64,000 bases of DNA from an uncultured Spirochaetota bacterium (GTDB taxonomy: Bacteria; Spirochaetota; Brevinematia; Brevinematales; JAOACQ01). How positions within the stretch are numbered: the stretch's first letter is position 1; each line of letters starts with the position of its first letter. Positions 39,029-50,980 of the stretch are shown in pieces. A program made the position numbers and the translations under genes. The notes beneath the pieces are model-generated. The model did no database searches, was not told the DNA's origin, and worked only from the letters and a program-made list of their open reading frames with translations. Location of the stretch: assembly GCA_963783575.1 (NCBI GenBank), contig CAWAOD010000012.1, positions 25,732 through 89,731 of the forward strand, written 5' to 3'.

Positions 39029-41371
39029 ATGTCATTCAAAGATAAAATCACCAGAAAAGATAGACTGTTTTTCTTTATAATAATAATAAATATAATTTTA
39101 TTAGCATTAGATTTTATTCTGGATATTTTCCCTATAGCTATAAAAACTAATAATTTAACAATAATACAATATCTGAAATTACCATTATTAATTATTATAC
39201 TTATTTTATCGGTTGTTATACTAATCTTATACAGGTTTTCAATTTACAAGCCGGTTAACGAATTGGAAATCTTTCAGAAATCACTTGTTACCAAGGATAT
39301 CAAATCTTTATCAATAGCAATTTCGGAACTCGCTAGTGGTAATTTAACAGCTCAGGCATCGGTTCAATCAAAAAAATTTAAGGATTCGAACAGTGGGATT
39401 GTTTCAGGGTTAGCCGATTCTTATAATCAAATCCTTTCTGAAATTCAGGAAAGTGCCCAGGATTTTAATACGGTAACGGCAGTTGCTTGTAAAAGAATAT
39501 GTTATGTAGGAGCCGATAGTTTCCGGGAAGGGAAAAAATGCGGTGAAATTATGGGTGAATTACTTCAGGGAAAGGGGCAGGTTGCAATTTTATTAAGAAG
39601 CTTTAGTATAACCGGAGCCAACCTTAGAAGAAAAGGATTTCAGAATACTATATCCGAAAAATACCCCGGAATTCAAATTGTAGAAATCCTTGAAGAGCAG
39701 GAAGATATTGATACAACTTACCGTTTAACAGTTGAATTATTGAAAAAATGGTCTAACCTTTCAGCTATCTATATCTGTGAAGGAACTACCCCAACTGGTG
39801 CATCCAGGGCTGTTGATGAAGCAGGCAAAACCGGTGTAATAAAAATCGTAACCCATGATCTCGCTGATCTTACTATGAAGGCAATGTCCGAGGGATCGAT
39901 AACGGCCACATTATCCCAGAACGCTTATGCCCAAGGCTATGATCCGGTTATCCACCTTTATAATTATTTGATTAACAGGAATAAACCGGTCATAAACCGT
40001 ATGTTAACAAACATGGGGGTAATTACAAAAGAAAATTATCATGAATACTGGAATCCTGAGAAAGGCTCAATTTTATCGGAAACCGATAAAAAAGCGCTTG
40101 TATTACCTTTAAAAAATACAACGGGCAAAACATTAAAAATCGCTGTCATTCTCCCCGATGACAAGGTTTTCTGGAAATCGGTTTCAGAAGGGGCCAGAGA
40201 TGCTGTTAATACATTGAATAATTATAATGCGGAAGTAAAATATCTGGTTCCGGAGTCATTTTTCATTAATAAGGACTGGGGCGCCAATGCAAGCATACCG
40301 GTTATAGAATCACTTATTAATGAAGGTTATAAAGCAATTGCAATCCCCATATTCGACAGAAACCTTGTGCCATATCTTAATAAAATTATTGAAAGCGGTA
40401 TTGCCATTGCTACATTCAATTCCGAACCATTGAGCTTCCGCGGTATGGTTGGCGCTGTAGTAGATCATGCAAGGAATCTTTTCAAATTCAGTGAAAATCT
40501 GGCGTCCGGCTCAAATGAAACAAGTCAGGCCGCGGCACAGATCAGCAAAACAATGAAATTTATATTAAACGGAACAAAAGACCAGCTGGAAAAGCTTTCC
40601 GATACTGAAAAGATTCTGGATTCACTCAGATCAAATATATCACAGGTAATACTGGAAACTCCAAAAAGTGCAGGCGCCGCTGAGGAAGCAATCAGAACGG
40701 CTCAAACAGGGCAGGCAATTGTCAGCCAGAATTCCGATGCTATGATATCGCTGCAAATGTCTTCGAATGCAACAACAAAAATTATTAAAACTTTGAATGA
40801 AGACACGATCAAAATTAAGGACATTGTTTCAATTATTGAAGACATAGCCTCGCAGACAAATGTTCTGGCTATAAATGCTTCAATTCAGGCCGCTCATGCC
40901 GGTTCCGAGGGCAAAGGATTCTCGGTTGTTGCCCTGGAAATCAGAAAGCTTGCTGAAGAATCATCCAGAGCAACAGGCAATATCAGAAAATTGATAGAAA
41001 CCATACTGAAAGGAGTAGCAGAGGCGACAAAATCAATTATGGACAGCATAAATGAAGTGAATAAAAGCGCAGAAATGGCAGAAAAAGCTAAAACTGCTCT
41101 TAATGATATTATGAAAGCATCCAGAGAAAATGAAGATAAAATAAATGAAATCGATAAATCCGTTAAAGAAATGCAGATTCTATCGGAAAATGTACTTAAA
41201 TCCATGCAATCCCTTGCTTCTGTAAACCATGAAAACGCTACAGCAATAGAAAGTATAACCTCATCAACCGAAGAAATGAAACAGGAGGTTTCCGAAATTA
41301 ATGAAATGGCAAATGTTCTGGCAGATATGTCTCAATCTCAGGAAGATTTAATCTCTCAATTCAATCTGTAA
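39029..41371 (+). CDS. Methyl-accepting chemotaxis protein with an inserted, circularly permuted sugar-binding (PBP type I) domain
   Basis: 2 TM + HAMP-like region; residues ~155-466 RbsB/LacI-like; QTNVLAINASIQAAHAGSEGKGFSVVALEIRKLAE hairpin tip. Confidence 0.9.
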   Translation: MSFKDKITRKDRLFFFIIIINIILLALDFILDIFPIAIKTNNLTIIQYLKLPLLIIILILSVVILILYRFSIYKPVNELEIFQKSLVTKDIKSLSIAISELASGNLTAQASVQSKKFKDSNSGIVSGLADSYNQILSEIQESAQDFNTVTAVACKRICYVGADSFREGKKCGEIMGELLQGKGQVAILLRSFSITGANLRRKGFQNTISEKYPGIQIVEILEEQEDIDTTYRLTVELLKKWSNLSAIYICEGTTPTGASRAVDEAGKTGVIKIVTHDLADLTMKAMSEGSITATLSQNAYAQGYDPVIHLYNYLINRNKPVINRMLTNMGVITKENYHEYWNPEKGSILSETDKKALVLPLKNTTGKTLKIAVILPDDKVFWKSVSEGARDAVNTLNNYNAEVKYLVPESFFINKDWGANASIPVIESLINEGYKAIAIPIFDRNLVPYLNKIIESGIAIATFNSEPLSFRGMVGAVVDHARNLFKFSENLASGSNETSQAAAQISKTMKFILNGTKDQLEKLSDTEKILDSLRSNISQVILETPKSAGAAEEAIRTAQTGQAIVSQNSDAMISLQMSSNATTKIIKTLNEDTIKIKDIVSIIEDIASQTNVLAINASIQAAHAGSEGKGFSVVALEIRKLAEESSRATGNIRKLIETILKGVAEATKSIMDSINEVNKSAEMAEKAKTALNDIMKASRENEDKINEIDKSVKEMQILSENVLKSMQSLASVNHENATAIESITSSTEEMKQEVSEINEMANVLADMSQSQEDLISQFNL

Positions 41372-41398
41372 TTTTCACAAAATAATAAGTTATTAATA

Positions 41399-42709
<1,311 letters not shown>

Positions 42710-42810
42710 TCAGATTGAAAATCTTTTTTTTGCCTATTGTATATTACTATAAAAAATAACAAGTTGCAATACAAAAATTATTATATTAATAAATTCTTTT
42801 ACCCCACCCT

Positions 42811-43803
42811 CTATAATAAAAAACTTAAATCAAGGGCAAAACCAGACGCCGGATAATCCCTGCCGAATGACTGAAATAGATTGTCATACCTGCCGCCTCC
42901 GGCTATAGGATAGGCAGCCTGTTCGATATATCCCTCAAGCGTAATGGATGAATAATATGAAAAATCTTTTATCAGTCCAAGGTCTATTATAATATGTTCT
43001 CTTATTTCTTTCGGTATCAGGGTTAATAAAGAATTAAGCCTTTCAATATATTCATCAAGCCAGGAACTTATGCTGTAAAGCGCATCCTTGATTTTCCGGT
43101 ATCCGCCAGTCAGCAAAGGAAGCTCCAGTAAAATTTCTTTAAAATTATTATCGCCGTTTACACTTTTTAAAATCTCCTTCAAAGACACAATGTCTTTTTT
43201 ATTAACAGCGGAATGAATCGCCTGCTCCCGGGATGAATTTAATTCCATTTCCGATATAATCCGGCGGTACAAAAATACATCTCCGACAACGATTTTATAA
43301 TTTAAATCAAATATTTCAAGCGACCTGCCCATCAAATTGATAATTCCGGCATCAGATCTTGCTCCCGATTCACCTATACATTCCACCCCCGCCTGGAAAA
43401 TCTGCCGGAGTTTACCTTTATGAAGAGGCTGTTCCCGGTAAACGTCTCCGGTATAATAATATTTCAGAGGCAGAATACCAGGGCTGTACTGCATCGCTAT
43501 CATACGGGCTATCGGGGTTGTCATATCATAACGGAGAGAAAGAAGCTTACCCTCTTTATCCTTAAAACTGAATGATTTTCTGGCAATATTCAATCCGCTT
43601 CCTTTTTCAAAGGTTTCATAATATTCAAAAACGGGGGGTACAACCTTTTGATAACCTTCATTCCGGAAAAGTTCCGATAATACTGCCGAATACTCTTCCA
43701 ATTTTTTTCCCCGGTTTTCACTCAGAAATAAAACTCCGTCAGGAAGCCCAATCGGATCGGATTCCGATTCATACAGCATATATTCAAGAAATTTATTGTT
43801 CAT
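42811..43803 (-). CDS. hisZ: ATP phosphoribosyltransferase regulatory subunit
   Basis: HisRS-like core (LRYDMTTPIAR, QAGVE, GGGRYD, GFA) without anticodon-binding domain; adjacent to purA. Confidence 0.88.
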   Translation of the reverse strand: MNNKFLEYMLYESESDPIGLPDGVLFLSENRGKKLEEYSAVLSELFRNEGYQKVVPPVFEYYETFEKGSGLNIARKSFSFKDKEGKLLSLRYDMTTPIARMIAMQYSPGILPLKYYYTGDVYREQPLHKGKLRQIFQAGVECIGESGARSDAGIINLMGRSLEIFDLNYKIVVGDVFLYRRIISEMELNSSREQAIHSAVNKKDIVSLKEILKSVNGDNNFKEILLELPLLTGGYRKIKDALYSISSWLDEYIERLNSLLTLIPKEIREHIIIDLGLIKDFSYYSSITLEGYIEQAAYPIAGGGRYDNLFQSFGRDYPASGFALDLSFLL

Positions 43804-45431
43804 AATTTCATCCGGTTATCTTTTTTTATCAATTCAATTTTCTCAAGTCTTTTACAAAAAAAGACGGCATAAATAAAAACAAGTAAAGTAATAAATAAAA
43901 TCGCGTAAGGAAAAGCAAAACCATATTTTACAAATACAGTTTCGATTTTTTCATCTATAATCGAAATGTCACCTATATAAAAACCCCTGACATAATTTCC
44001 AATATTTCCCTTAAAACCGCCTGTTGCATCTATTATACCGGTTACACCGGTATTTGCAGCCCTCGCTATCGGCCGACGGACCGAAACTGCCGTTAATGTG
44101 GCCCCTGCAAGATGCTGCCACATCGGGTGAGGAAAGCCCAATTTATATGCCCATCCGTCGTTTGTAGTATTGATAAAATAATTGACGCCTTTTTTTATGA
44201 ATTTTCTGGCCAATATGGAATAAATATCTTCAAAACAGATTAAAACCCTGATTTTGGCTTTTCTCTCCTGAATAATATTAAATTTTGCGGACGGAAAGAA
44301 AGACCCTGCTCCTTCAATATCCATAAGCTTCCTGAGAACTGGAACGGAGTCGTAGACCGGCATCCATTCCCCGAAAGGGACAAGATGGATTTTCGAGTTA
44401 TTCTGGCGGATATTGGTTAAAGGATCCAGGTAATCCGCCGCATTATAATATTTATCATCGATCTGATCGGGGCTTGTAAAAAGAATCGGTATTCCAAATT
44501 CCTGCGGCATTTTTATAAAACGGATATTGAAAATATTTACATCCGTGTCGGAATTATAATTCTCAAGATAATACCAAACCAGGTTCCTGACCATTGTTTC
44601 TGACCAGACAATCATATCAGGGTTTTTTAAAGCGGCTTCGGCGTTTAATTTCCAGATGATGCCGTAATAATCCCAGTGCTTCTCCCACCAGGGATCGTGG
44701 GAACCTATATTCGGCTGGATAAGCGCAAGCTTCTCTTTAGGAGAATTTATGGAGATTCTTTCATATTTATTGTAGGATATAAACCCATAAACAAGATTCG
44801 CAACCAGAACGGCAAAAACCACAGCAATTTTTAAACCATTATTTCGATGAAAGCATCTTTTCAAACTTCTGGTTTCGACAGCGCTGCATATTATTTCGGC
44901 CAAAACGGAATTAGAAATCAGAACAAGAAAACTGACACCCCATACTCCGAAAATATCTGCGCTTTGTATCATAATAGTGTTATGCCATTGAGAATCCCCG
45001 ATCAGGTTCCATTGAAATCCATGAAAGCCGATTGATCTTAATAATTCGCTTGAAATCCAGATCATCGGTACTATCAGCCATCGCACTGATTTTAATTTTT
45101 TCCCGATGTACGCGATCAGAAAAAAAAAGAACGCATGATAAACCGCAAAAAGCGGGATAATCACAAATAATGCCGGTACCCAGAATCCGTAAAGCCAGTA
45201 ATATGCCAGAATAAAGAAGGGTATACTGTAAAAAAACGAAAAACGAACCGTTTTATTGATAGGCATAATATAAGAATAGGCTAAAACCGGGGCAAAAATA
45301 AACCAGATTGAAGCCGATAAATTGTATGTCGGAAAAGACAGGGCATAAAATATACCCCATAAAAGCCAGAGAAAGTTTTCGTATAATATGCGTGATTTTA
45401 ATACAGGGTGAACTTTCACACCAGACTCCAT
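43800..45431 (-). CDS. lnt: Apolipoprotein N-acyltransferase
   Basis: Multiple TMs; QPNI, WSET, KIHLVPFGE, ICFE, TNDGW, RAANTG. Confidence 0.94.
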   Translation of the reverse strand: MESGVKVHPVLKSRILYENFLWLLWGIFYALSFPTYNLSASIWFIFAPVLAYSYIMPINKTVRFSFFYSIPFFILAYYWLYGFWVPALFVIIPLFAVYHAFFFFLIAYIGKKLKSVRWLIVPMIWISSELLRSIGFHGFQWNLIGDSQWHNTIMIQSADIFGVWGVSFLVLISNSVLAEIICSAVETRSLKRCFHRNNGLKIAVVFAVLVANLVYGFISYNKYERISINSPKEKLALIQPNIGSHDPWWEKHWDYYGIIWKLNAEAALKNPDMIVWSETMVRNLVWYYLENYNSDTDVNIFNIRFIKMPQEFGIPILFTSPDQIDDKYYNAADYLDPLTNIRQNNSKIHLVPFGEWMPVYDSVPVLRKLMDIEGAGSFFPSAKFNIIQERKAKIRVLICFEDIYSILARKFIKKGVNYFINTTNDGWAYKLGFPHPMWQHLAGATLTAVSVRRPIARAANTGVTGIIDATGGFKGNIGNYVRGFYIGDISIIDEKIETVFVKYGFAFPYAILFITLLVFIYAVFFCKRLEKIELIKKDNRMKL

Positions 45432-45627
45432 AAATTGAATATTAGTTAAAATAATCGATTATGAATTATTTCTTAAATTAAAAGCTGAATATTATAATAC
45501 TTATTCAAAATTAATTCAATGGACTAATTAAATTCCGTAATTTTTAACTTGATATTGACTTATATAAAGTTCAATATTAAAATATGATAAAATTGTGGTG
45601 TAAAAGCTTTTTAAAACTTGCGCTGAT

Positions 45628-45644
45628 GGTTCGACAAGCTCACC
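45628..45644. repeat. REP-like motif GGTTCGACAAGCTCACC
   Basis: Shares the TTCGnCAAGCTCA core with the hairpins at 62211-62237 and at the IS target site. Confidence 0.6.
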
Positions 45645-45673
45645 CCGGCCTGCCGAAGTGTTAGGATAAAAAA

Positions 45674-46675
45674 ATGAAAATGATCAAAGTAATAATTGAG
45701 AATCAGGTAATCAATATTTTTATTTCGATTATTTTGACAGCTATAATTTTTTATATTGACTGGATAACAGGAATTGATTTTAATATTTATGCTTTTTATG
45801 TTTTCCCGCTGTTTATCCTATCCTTGAACCGGAATAATAAATTACCGGTTTTATTCCTTGCGTCTTTCTTAATCGGTATTTTATGGATTATCGAGGATTT
45901 TTATTTCAGGATTATAATTAATAAAAATTATTCTTTTTTTCTGCTATTCTGGAATGGGATTATCAGAATAATATTCTACGGGTCAATAGCACTCACTTTT
46001 TATATTATTAAAGCCCAGAGGGAAAAACTTCATAATACCAATCAGAAGCTTGCGAATGCCATTGAGGAGAAAAACATATTATTTAAGGAAGTCTACCATC
46101 GGATTAAAAATAATTTACAGATTATTATTTCGTTATTATCCCTGGAAAAAAATAATAAGAACAAAAGGGATATTATAGATGTTTTAAATAACAGCATATC
46201 CAGGATACAATCTATGTCTATAATTCATGAAAAACTATATAAATCGGAAAATCTGGCCCGTATTTGTGTCAAGGAATATATAAATGGCTTGATCGCAAAT
46301 TTATTACAAAATTACAATACAGGAAAAACAATAATTAAATATGAAATCAAGCTGTCTGAAGAACTGTTTTTTGATATGGATAGAATGATACCGCTAGGAT
46401 TGATTCTGAATGAACTAACAATGAATTCAATCAAGCATGCCTTTCCCGGAAAAAAAGAAGGGGCCATCATCATTTCAATAAAATTGATCGGTTCGGTATA
46501 TTATCTCAGTTACAGTGATAACGGTATAGGTTTTAAAGTGCCGGTTGATTTTGAATATGCGGGTACTTTAGGAATTACTTTAATAAGCTTACTTACGAAA
46601 CAATTAAAAGGGTCGCTGGAAATTAAAAACAATGGGCATGAATTTGTCATATCTTTTATTGAAAGCAGTTCATAA
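45674..46675 (+). CDS. Membrane sensor histidine kinase (HisKA_2/HWE-like)
   Basis: TM helices; EVYHRIKNNLQ; NELTMNSIKHAF; DNGIG; TLG. Confidence 0.9.
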   Translation: MKMIKVIIENQVINIFISIILTAIIFYIDWITGIDFNIYAFYVFPLFILSLNRNNKLPVLFLASFLIGILWIIEDFYFRIIINKNYSFFLLFWNGIIRIIFYGSIALTFYIIKAQREKLHNTNQKLANAIEEKNILFKEVYHRIKNNLQIIISLLSLEKNNKNKRDIIDVLNNSISRIQSMSIIHEKLYKSENLARICVKEYINGLIANLLQNYNTGKTIIKYEIKLSEELFFDMDRMIPLGLILNELTMNSIKHAFPGKKEGAIIISIKLIGSVYYLSYSDNGIGFKVPVDFEYAGTLGITLISLLTKQLKGSLEIKNNGHEFVISFIESSS

Positions 46676-46742
46676 TATACCCGTTTATTTTTATAAAATA
46701 AATATTTCTCGTTATAGCTGTGATCAAATCCGGGAGGATTGA

Positions 46743-47672
46743 ATGCCGGTCAACTTTATACCCTGGATAGCATTCTTTGTCATAATTATAATTATGCTTT
46801 ACCTGGACCTTGGCGTTTTCCAGAAAAATTTACATAAAATCTCAATGAAGGAATCAATAACCTGGACACTTGTTTGGATAAGCATATCCTTAGTTTTCGG
46901 CATGGGAATCTACCTCTTCATAGGGCCTGAACCGGCATTAAATTACCTGACGGGTTATCTTCTTGAAAAGTCATTGAGCGTTGATAATATTTTTGTTTTT
47001 ATACTGATATTCTCATATTTTAAGGTAGCAGACGAATACCAGCATAAGGTTCTTTATTGGGGAATAATCGGAGCATTATTGCTTCGCGCAATTTTTATCG
47101 GCGCCGGTGTTGCATTGATGCATGTTTTCCATTATGTAATCTATTTATTCGGCATTGTTTTAATAATTACATCAATCAGAATGCTGACGGATAAAGATAA
47201 AGAAATTCACCCCGATAAAAACCCAATATTAAACCTTTTTAAACGATTTTTCCCGATCACAAGCAAAAATTCCGGCGGTAAGTTCTTTATTAAAAATAAT
47301 GACGGTCACCTTCTTGCAACAAATTTATTAATCGTTCTAATCGTTATAGAAACTTCGGATGTGATATTTGCCGTTGATTCTATTCCGGCTGTTCTTGCTA
47401 TTACCGATGACCCTTTTATTGTCTTTACTTCTAATATCTTTGCCATTTTAGGCTTACGCGCCCTTTATTTTGCGGTATCAGGCATAATGAAACTGTTTAA
47501 ATACCTTAATTTCGGTCTATCGGCAATCCTGGCTTTTATTGGAATAAAAATGCTGATATCGGATTTTTATAAAATTCCGATTGGAATTGCATTATCAGCA
47601 GTTGCAGGCATCCTGGTTTTATCAATAATTATTTCGATTTTAGATAATAAAAGACAAATAAAGCACTTTTGA
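46743..47672 (+). CDS. TerC/Alx-family membrane protein
   Basis: GYLLEKSLSVDNIFVF, DVIFAVDSIPA, SNIFAILGLRALYF. Confidence 0.94.
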   Translation: MPVNFIPWIAFFVIIIIMLYLDLGVFQKNLHKISMKESITWTLVWISISLVFGMGIYLFIGPEPALNYLTGYLLEKSLSVDNIFVFILIFSYFKVADEYQHKVLYWGIIGALLLRAIFIGAGVALMHVFHYVIYLFGIVLIITSIRMLTDKDKEIHPDKNPILNLFKRFFPITSKNSGGKFFIKNNDGHLLATNLLIVLIVIETSDVIFAVDSIPAVLAITDDPFIVFTSNIFAILGLRALYFAVSGIMKLFKYLNFGLSAILAFIGIKMLISDFYKIPIGIALSAVAGILVLSIIISILDNKRQIKHF

Positions 47673-48194
47673 AGCCTGTTTTACAGCCTCCTGTTTGGAA
47701 GCAATAACTTCCACAAGCTTTATAGCGGCGTCAAGAGCTGTACCGACACCCTGTGAAGTAATGATATTACCGTCTATAACAACTTTTTCATCCAGACGTG
47801 TTCCCTCTTTAATTTCAGTACCGGGATAGCAGGTATATTTTTTACCCTTTAAGATCCCGGCCTTGTCAAGTACTTTAGGACCTGCGCAGATCGCAAAAAC
47901 AAGCTTTCCATTATCAAAGAATTTTTTAACGGTCTTCAGCAGGGCTTCATTTTTAGACAGTTCTTCGGCTCCGGGCCCTCCAGGAATTAGAATTCCGTCA
48001 AATTCGGCAACATCTATATCACTTTCTTTCCTGAACACCTTATCGGACCTGTAAATAATCCCGCTTCGGCTTTTAATCCTGTATCCTCCTACACCGTAAA
48101 TATCTAAAGGCACTCCGGCACGCCTCAATAAGTCAACCTGTGTTACTGCTTCCACATCCTCAAAATTTTCTCCGATAATGATGCAATATTGCAT
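47640..48194 (-). CDS. DJ-1/YajL family protein
   Basis: FEDVEA..VDLLRRAG, IPGG, AICAGP, YTCYPG, ITSQG. Confidence 0.92.
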   Translation of the reverse strand: MQYCIIIGENFEDVEAVTQVDLLRRAGVPLDIYGVGGYRIKSRSGIIYRSDKVFRKESDIDVAEFDGILIPGGPGAEELSKNEALLKTVKKFFDNGKLVFAICAGPKVLDKAGILKGKKYTCYPGTEIKEGTRLDEKVVIDGNIITSQGVGTALDAAIKLVEVIASKQEAVKQASKVLYLSFII

Positions 48195-48413
48195 AAAACC
48201 TCCAAGTTAATCTTTTAAGTAAACCGTATCAAGCATTGCCAGTTTTAAATATTGATGAAGTTTTTGTCTTTCTCCCGTTAGCTCACAAAAACTTATGGAC
48301 AGTTCCGGTTTATTAAAATATTATTTTAAATGAGATTCTTGAACTGCCCAAAAATAATAATTCGAAGATTATTTTTCAAATTTCCGGGTAAATTATAACC
48401 GGTCTACAATGAT

Positions 48414-49606
48414 TTACCACTTATGCTTTCTTCCATATACTTCCATCGGTAAACCGAAAAGTTTGATAAATCCCCTTGCGTCTTTCTGATCATAGTTTGC
48501 CCCTTCTTCAAATGTTGAGAGCTTAATATCATACAGGGAATCTTCCGATTCTCTGGAAACCGCAATGCAATTGCCTTTGTACATTTTCATCTTGACTGTC
48601 CCGTTGACTGCTTTCTGGGTTTCATTGATGAAGCTTTCAATGGCAATCCTTAAAGGATGGAACCATTGGCCATAATAGATCATCTCGGCGTACTTAAGCT
48701 CAATAATCTGTTTATAATGCATCGTATCCCTTTCCAGCGTAATTGTTTCAAGCGCTTTATGAGCCTCCATCAACAGTGTTCCTCCCGGGGTTTCATAAAC
48801 ACCCCTGGATTTTATCCCGACAAGCCTGTTTTCAACGAGATCGACAATACCGATTCCATTCCTACCGGCAATCTTGTTGGCTTCTTCAAGGAGTTCCACA
48901 GGCTTCAATTTTTTTCCGTTTATTGAAACAGGAATCCCGTTATTAAACTCAATAACGGCATATTCCGTCTTATCCGGGGCATCAAGAGGATCGTAGCCCA
49001 TCTGAAACATCGACTTATCGTATTCTTTAGACGGGTCTTCAAGAATACCGCCTTCATAGGAAATATGCAGGATATTCGGATCGGTGCTGTAAGGCTTTCC
49101 TTTTGATACTGGAACCGGAATGCCTTTCATTTTCGCAAAATCAATAAGATCATTGCGGGCTTTAAAGAAATCGCCCTCTTTCCAGGGTGCGATAATTTTT
49201 AAATGAGGCGCCAGCGCGCGATAGGTCAATTCAAAACGAACCTGGTCATTCCCCTTTCCCGTTGCGCCATCAGCCACGGCATCGGCTTTTTCTTTCAGCG
49301 CTATTTCAACCTGTCTCTTTGCTATAATGGGACGCGCCAGAGAAGTGCCAAGCATATATTTGTATTCATAAACCGAATTTGCTTTAATTGCAGCAAATAC
49401 CGCATCTTTAACAAATTCTTCCCTCAGGTCCTCAATATAAACTTTACTGGCCCCTGTTTTCAATGCCTTTTTTTCAATTGCCTGGAAATCATCCCCCTGC
49501 CCAAGATTTGCGACATAAGCAATTATATCCGCCTGATATTTTTCCTTAGCCATGCCAGAATAACCGAAGTGTCCAATCCCCCCGAATAGGCTAATACAAT
49601 TTTCAT
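48414..49606 (-). pseudogene. argG: Argininosuccinate synthase with an apparent 1-nt deletion near codon 20
   Basis: GGAG RBS + ATG 49606 gives [20 protein letters not shown]; the rest (KEKYQ...LGTSLARP, GATGKGNDQVRF, SRGVYETPG) lies in another frame after ...TGGCTAAGGAAAAA. Confidence 0.88.
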
Positions 49607-49711
49607 ATATTCTCCTTAAAATTATCTGTAATATTTTAGTTTGATTTTTTTATTTTGGCAAAAAATAACCACACTCTGGGCAGAACTATAAGGAATTAAC
49701 AGGATCAAGAA

Positions 49712-49872
49712 GCCTGTCTACCACCAGGCAGGCAGCCTCACCAACCGCCGCGCATGGGTGCACAATGCCAGAAGAGGAGCACGGATGCTCCATGAGAACT
49801 CTTCAAGCAATATAAAGACAGCGGCGGACGCAAATTCGCCAAGCGACATGATGTCGCAGGGAACGCTTGTTA
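49712..49872. repeat. GC-rich composite palindromic element between argG and the LuxR gene
   Basis: GCCTGTCT/AGGCAGGC (49712-49733), GGAGCA-CGGA-TGCTCC (49776-49791), GCGACA-TGA-TGTCGC, and CAAGCG...CGCTTGTTA (49840-49872). Confidence 0.55.
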
Positions 49873-50793
49873 AAGATTATAGATCCTGTGAAGCAATTCC
49901 TGCCTGTTTTTGGAATGAGTTTTATTGCAGATATTATAAATATAATTCCGTATCGTACCCTGGGATGTAAATATTAATTCAGAGATTTCCTTTGTTTCCA
50001 TGCCTTTTGCAAGCATAAGGACGATTTCTTTTTCCTTATCGGATAGATCAAAATTCTGAAAGAAAGCCAGGGCTTTTTTTTCGAGATCCTTAGAAGCATC
50101 GCCAAAAAAGTCAAATGAAAATTTTATATTTACTACATTCCAGATCAAATAATATAAAGCGGCAAATTTAAAGCAGTAAGGCAACATTTTCCATTCCAGC
50201 TCCGTTTTACGATAGAAAAAATCAATGATAAAAAATGGAATAAATATCAGATTTAGATAAAATAAGCTGTTAACAAACCTTTTTTTTATATAATTTTCAA
50301 TCTTATTCTTATATTTTGCCGCTATGATTAAAAGATAAATTAATAAACAAAAAAACATCGAATAACAAACCACATCCGATTCAAAAAAGAGAATTGTTTC
50401 TATCTTTTCCCAATCTTTATGCAGAATAAAAAACGGAATTATTTGAAGTATGATCAATAAGGACAAGGCCAAAAAAACAAACTTAATTTTAGAATATGAA
50501 ATCTCCAGTATTTTATATATCACGTAAGGGAAATAGTAAAATGAAATTGAAAACCATAAGAAAAATAATATCAGAGCGAAAAGGTTAAAATAAATATTGG
50601 AAATTCCAAAGAAAAGGGACGTATAAGAAGTATATAAAGTTAAAACAATATAAAAGGTAAAGAGGATCTGGAAAACCGCATACTCCAGAATTAACCTGTT
50701 ATTCATTCTCCGGTAGATTAATAATGTTATGATAATTGAAGCAAAACCAACTGCGAAAGTAATGATATAAAATACCACCAAAATATGCGACAT
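49870..50793 (-). CDS. Multi-pass membrane LuxR-family regulator (paralogue of 15636-16571)
   Basis: About 7 TM; LSDKEKEIV...GMETKEISELIFTSQGTIRNYIYNI; shares (K)T(Q/E)L(D/E)WK(I/M)LP and YYL.WN with the paralogue. Confidence 0.9.
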   Translation of the reverse strand: MSHILVVFYIITFAVGFASIIITLLIYRRMNNRLILEYAVFQILFTFYIVLTLYTSYTSLFFGISNIYFNLFALILFFLWFSISFYYFPYVIYKILEISYSKIKFVFLALSLLIILQIIPFFILHKDWEKIETILFFESDVVCYSMFFCLLIYLLIIAAKYKNKIENYIKKRFVNSLFYLNLIFIPFFIIDFFYRKTELEWKMLPYCFKFAALYYLIWNVVNIKFSFDFFGDASKDLEKKALAFFQNFDLSDKEKEIVLMLAKGMETKEISELIFTSQGTIRNYIYNICNKTHSKNRQELLHRIYNL

Positions 50794-50980
50794 TTATACC
50801 GCCGGTTATTGAATATAATAAATTTACTAAAATGATTTTTTTAATAATTATATATTATAATAAATATCATATACTTATTGATTAATTTAGTCAAATAAGA
50901 AAGTCGGTTTGATCTTGACAAATTTTGAAATATGACTTAATATATACTTAATATACTTTAATATAATTAAAGGAGACATT

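Noticed and set aside
46676..46742. yybP-ykoY Mn riboswitch upstream of the TerC gene
   Set aside because: The intergenic gap is only ~67 nt and AT-rich; no aptamer-like structure is visible.
48207..48413. Possible gene remnant between argG and the DJ-1 gene (IIVD/GYNL fragments reminiscent of NYN/YacP proteins)
   Set aside because: Requires frameshifts and read-through of stops; the match is too short to support.
49530..49560. Programmed ribosomal frameshift in argG
   Set aside because: AAGGAAAAA in this frame is not a canonical slippery heptamer and no stimulatory hairpin was seen; an indel error is simpler.
49758..49970. 70-aa plus-strand ORF
   Set aside because: Lies across the palindromic repeat and antisense to the LuxR gene end; no RBS.
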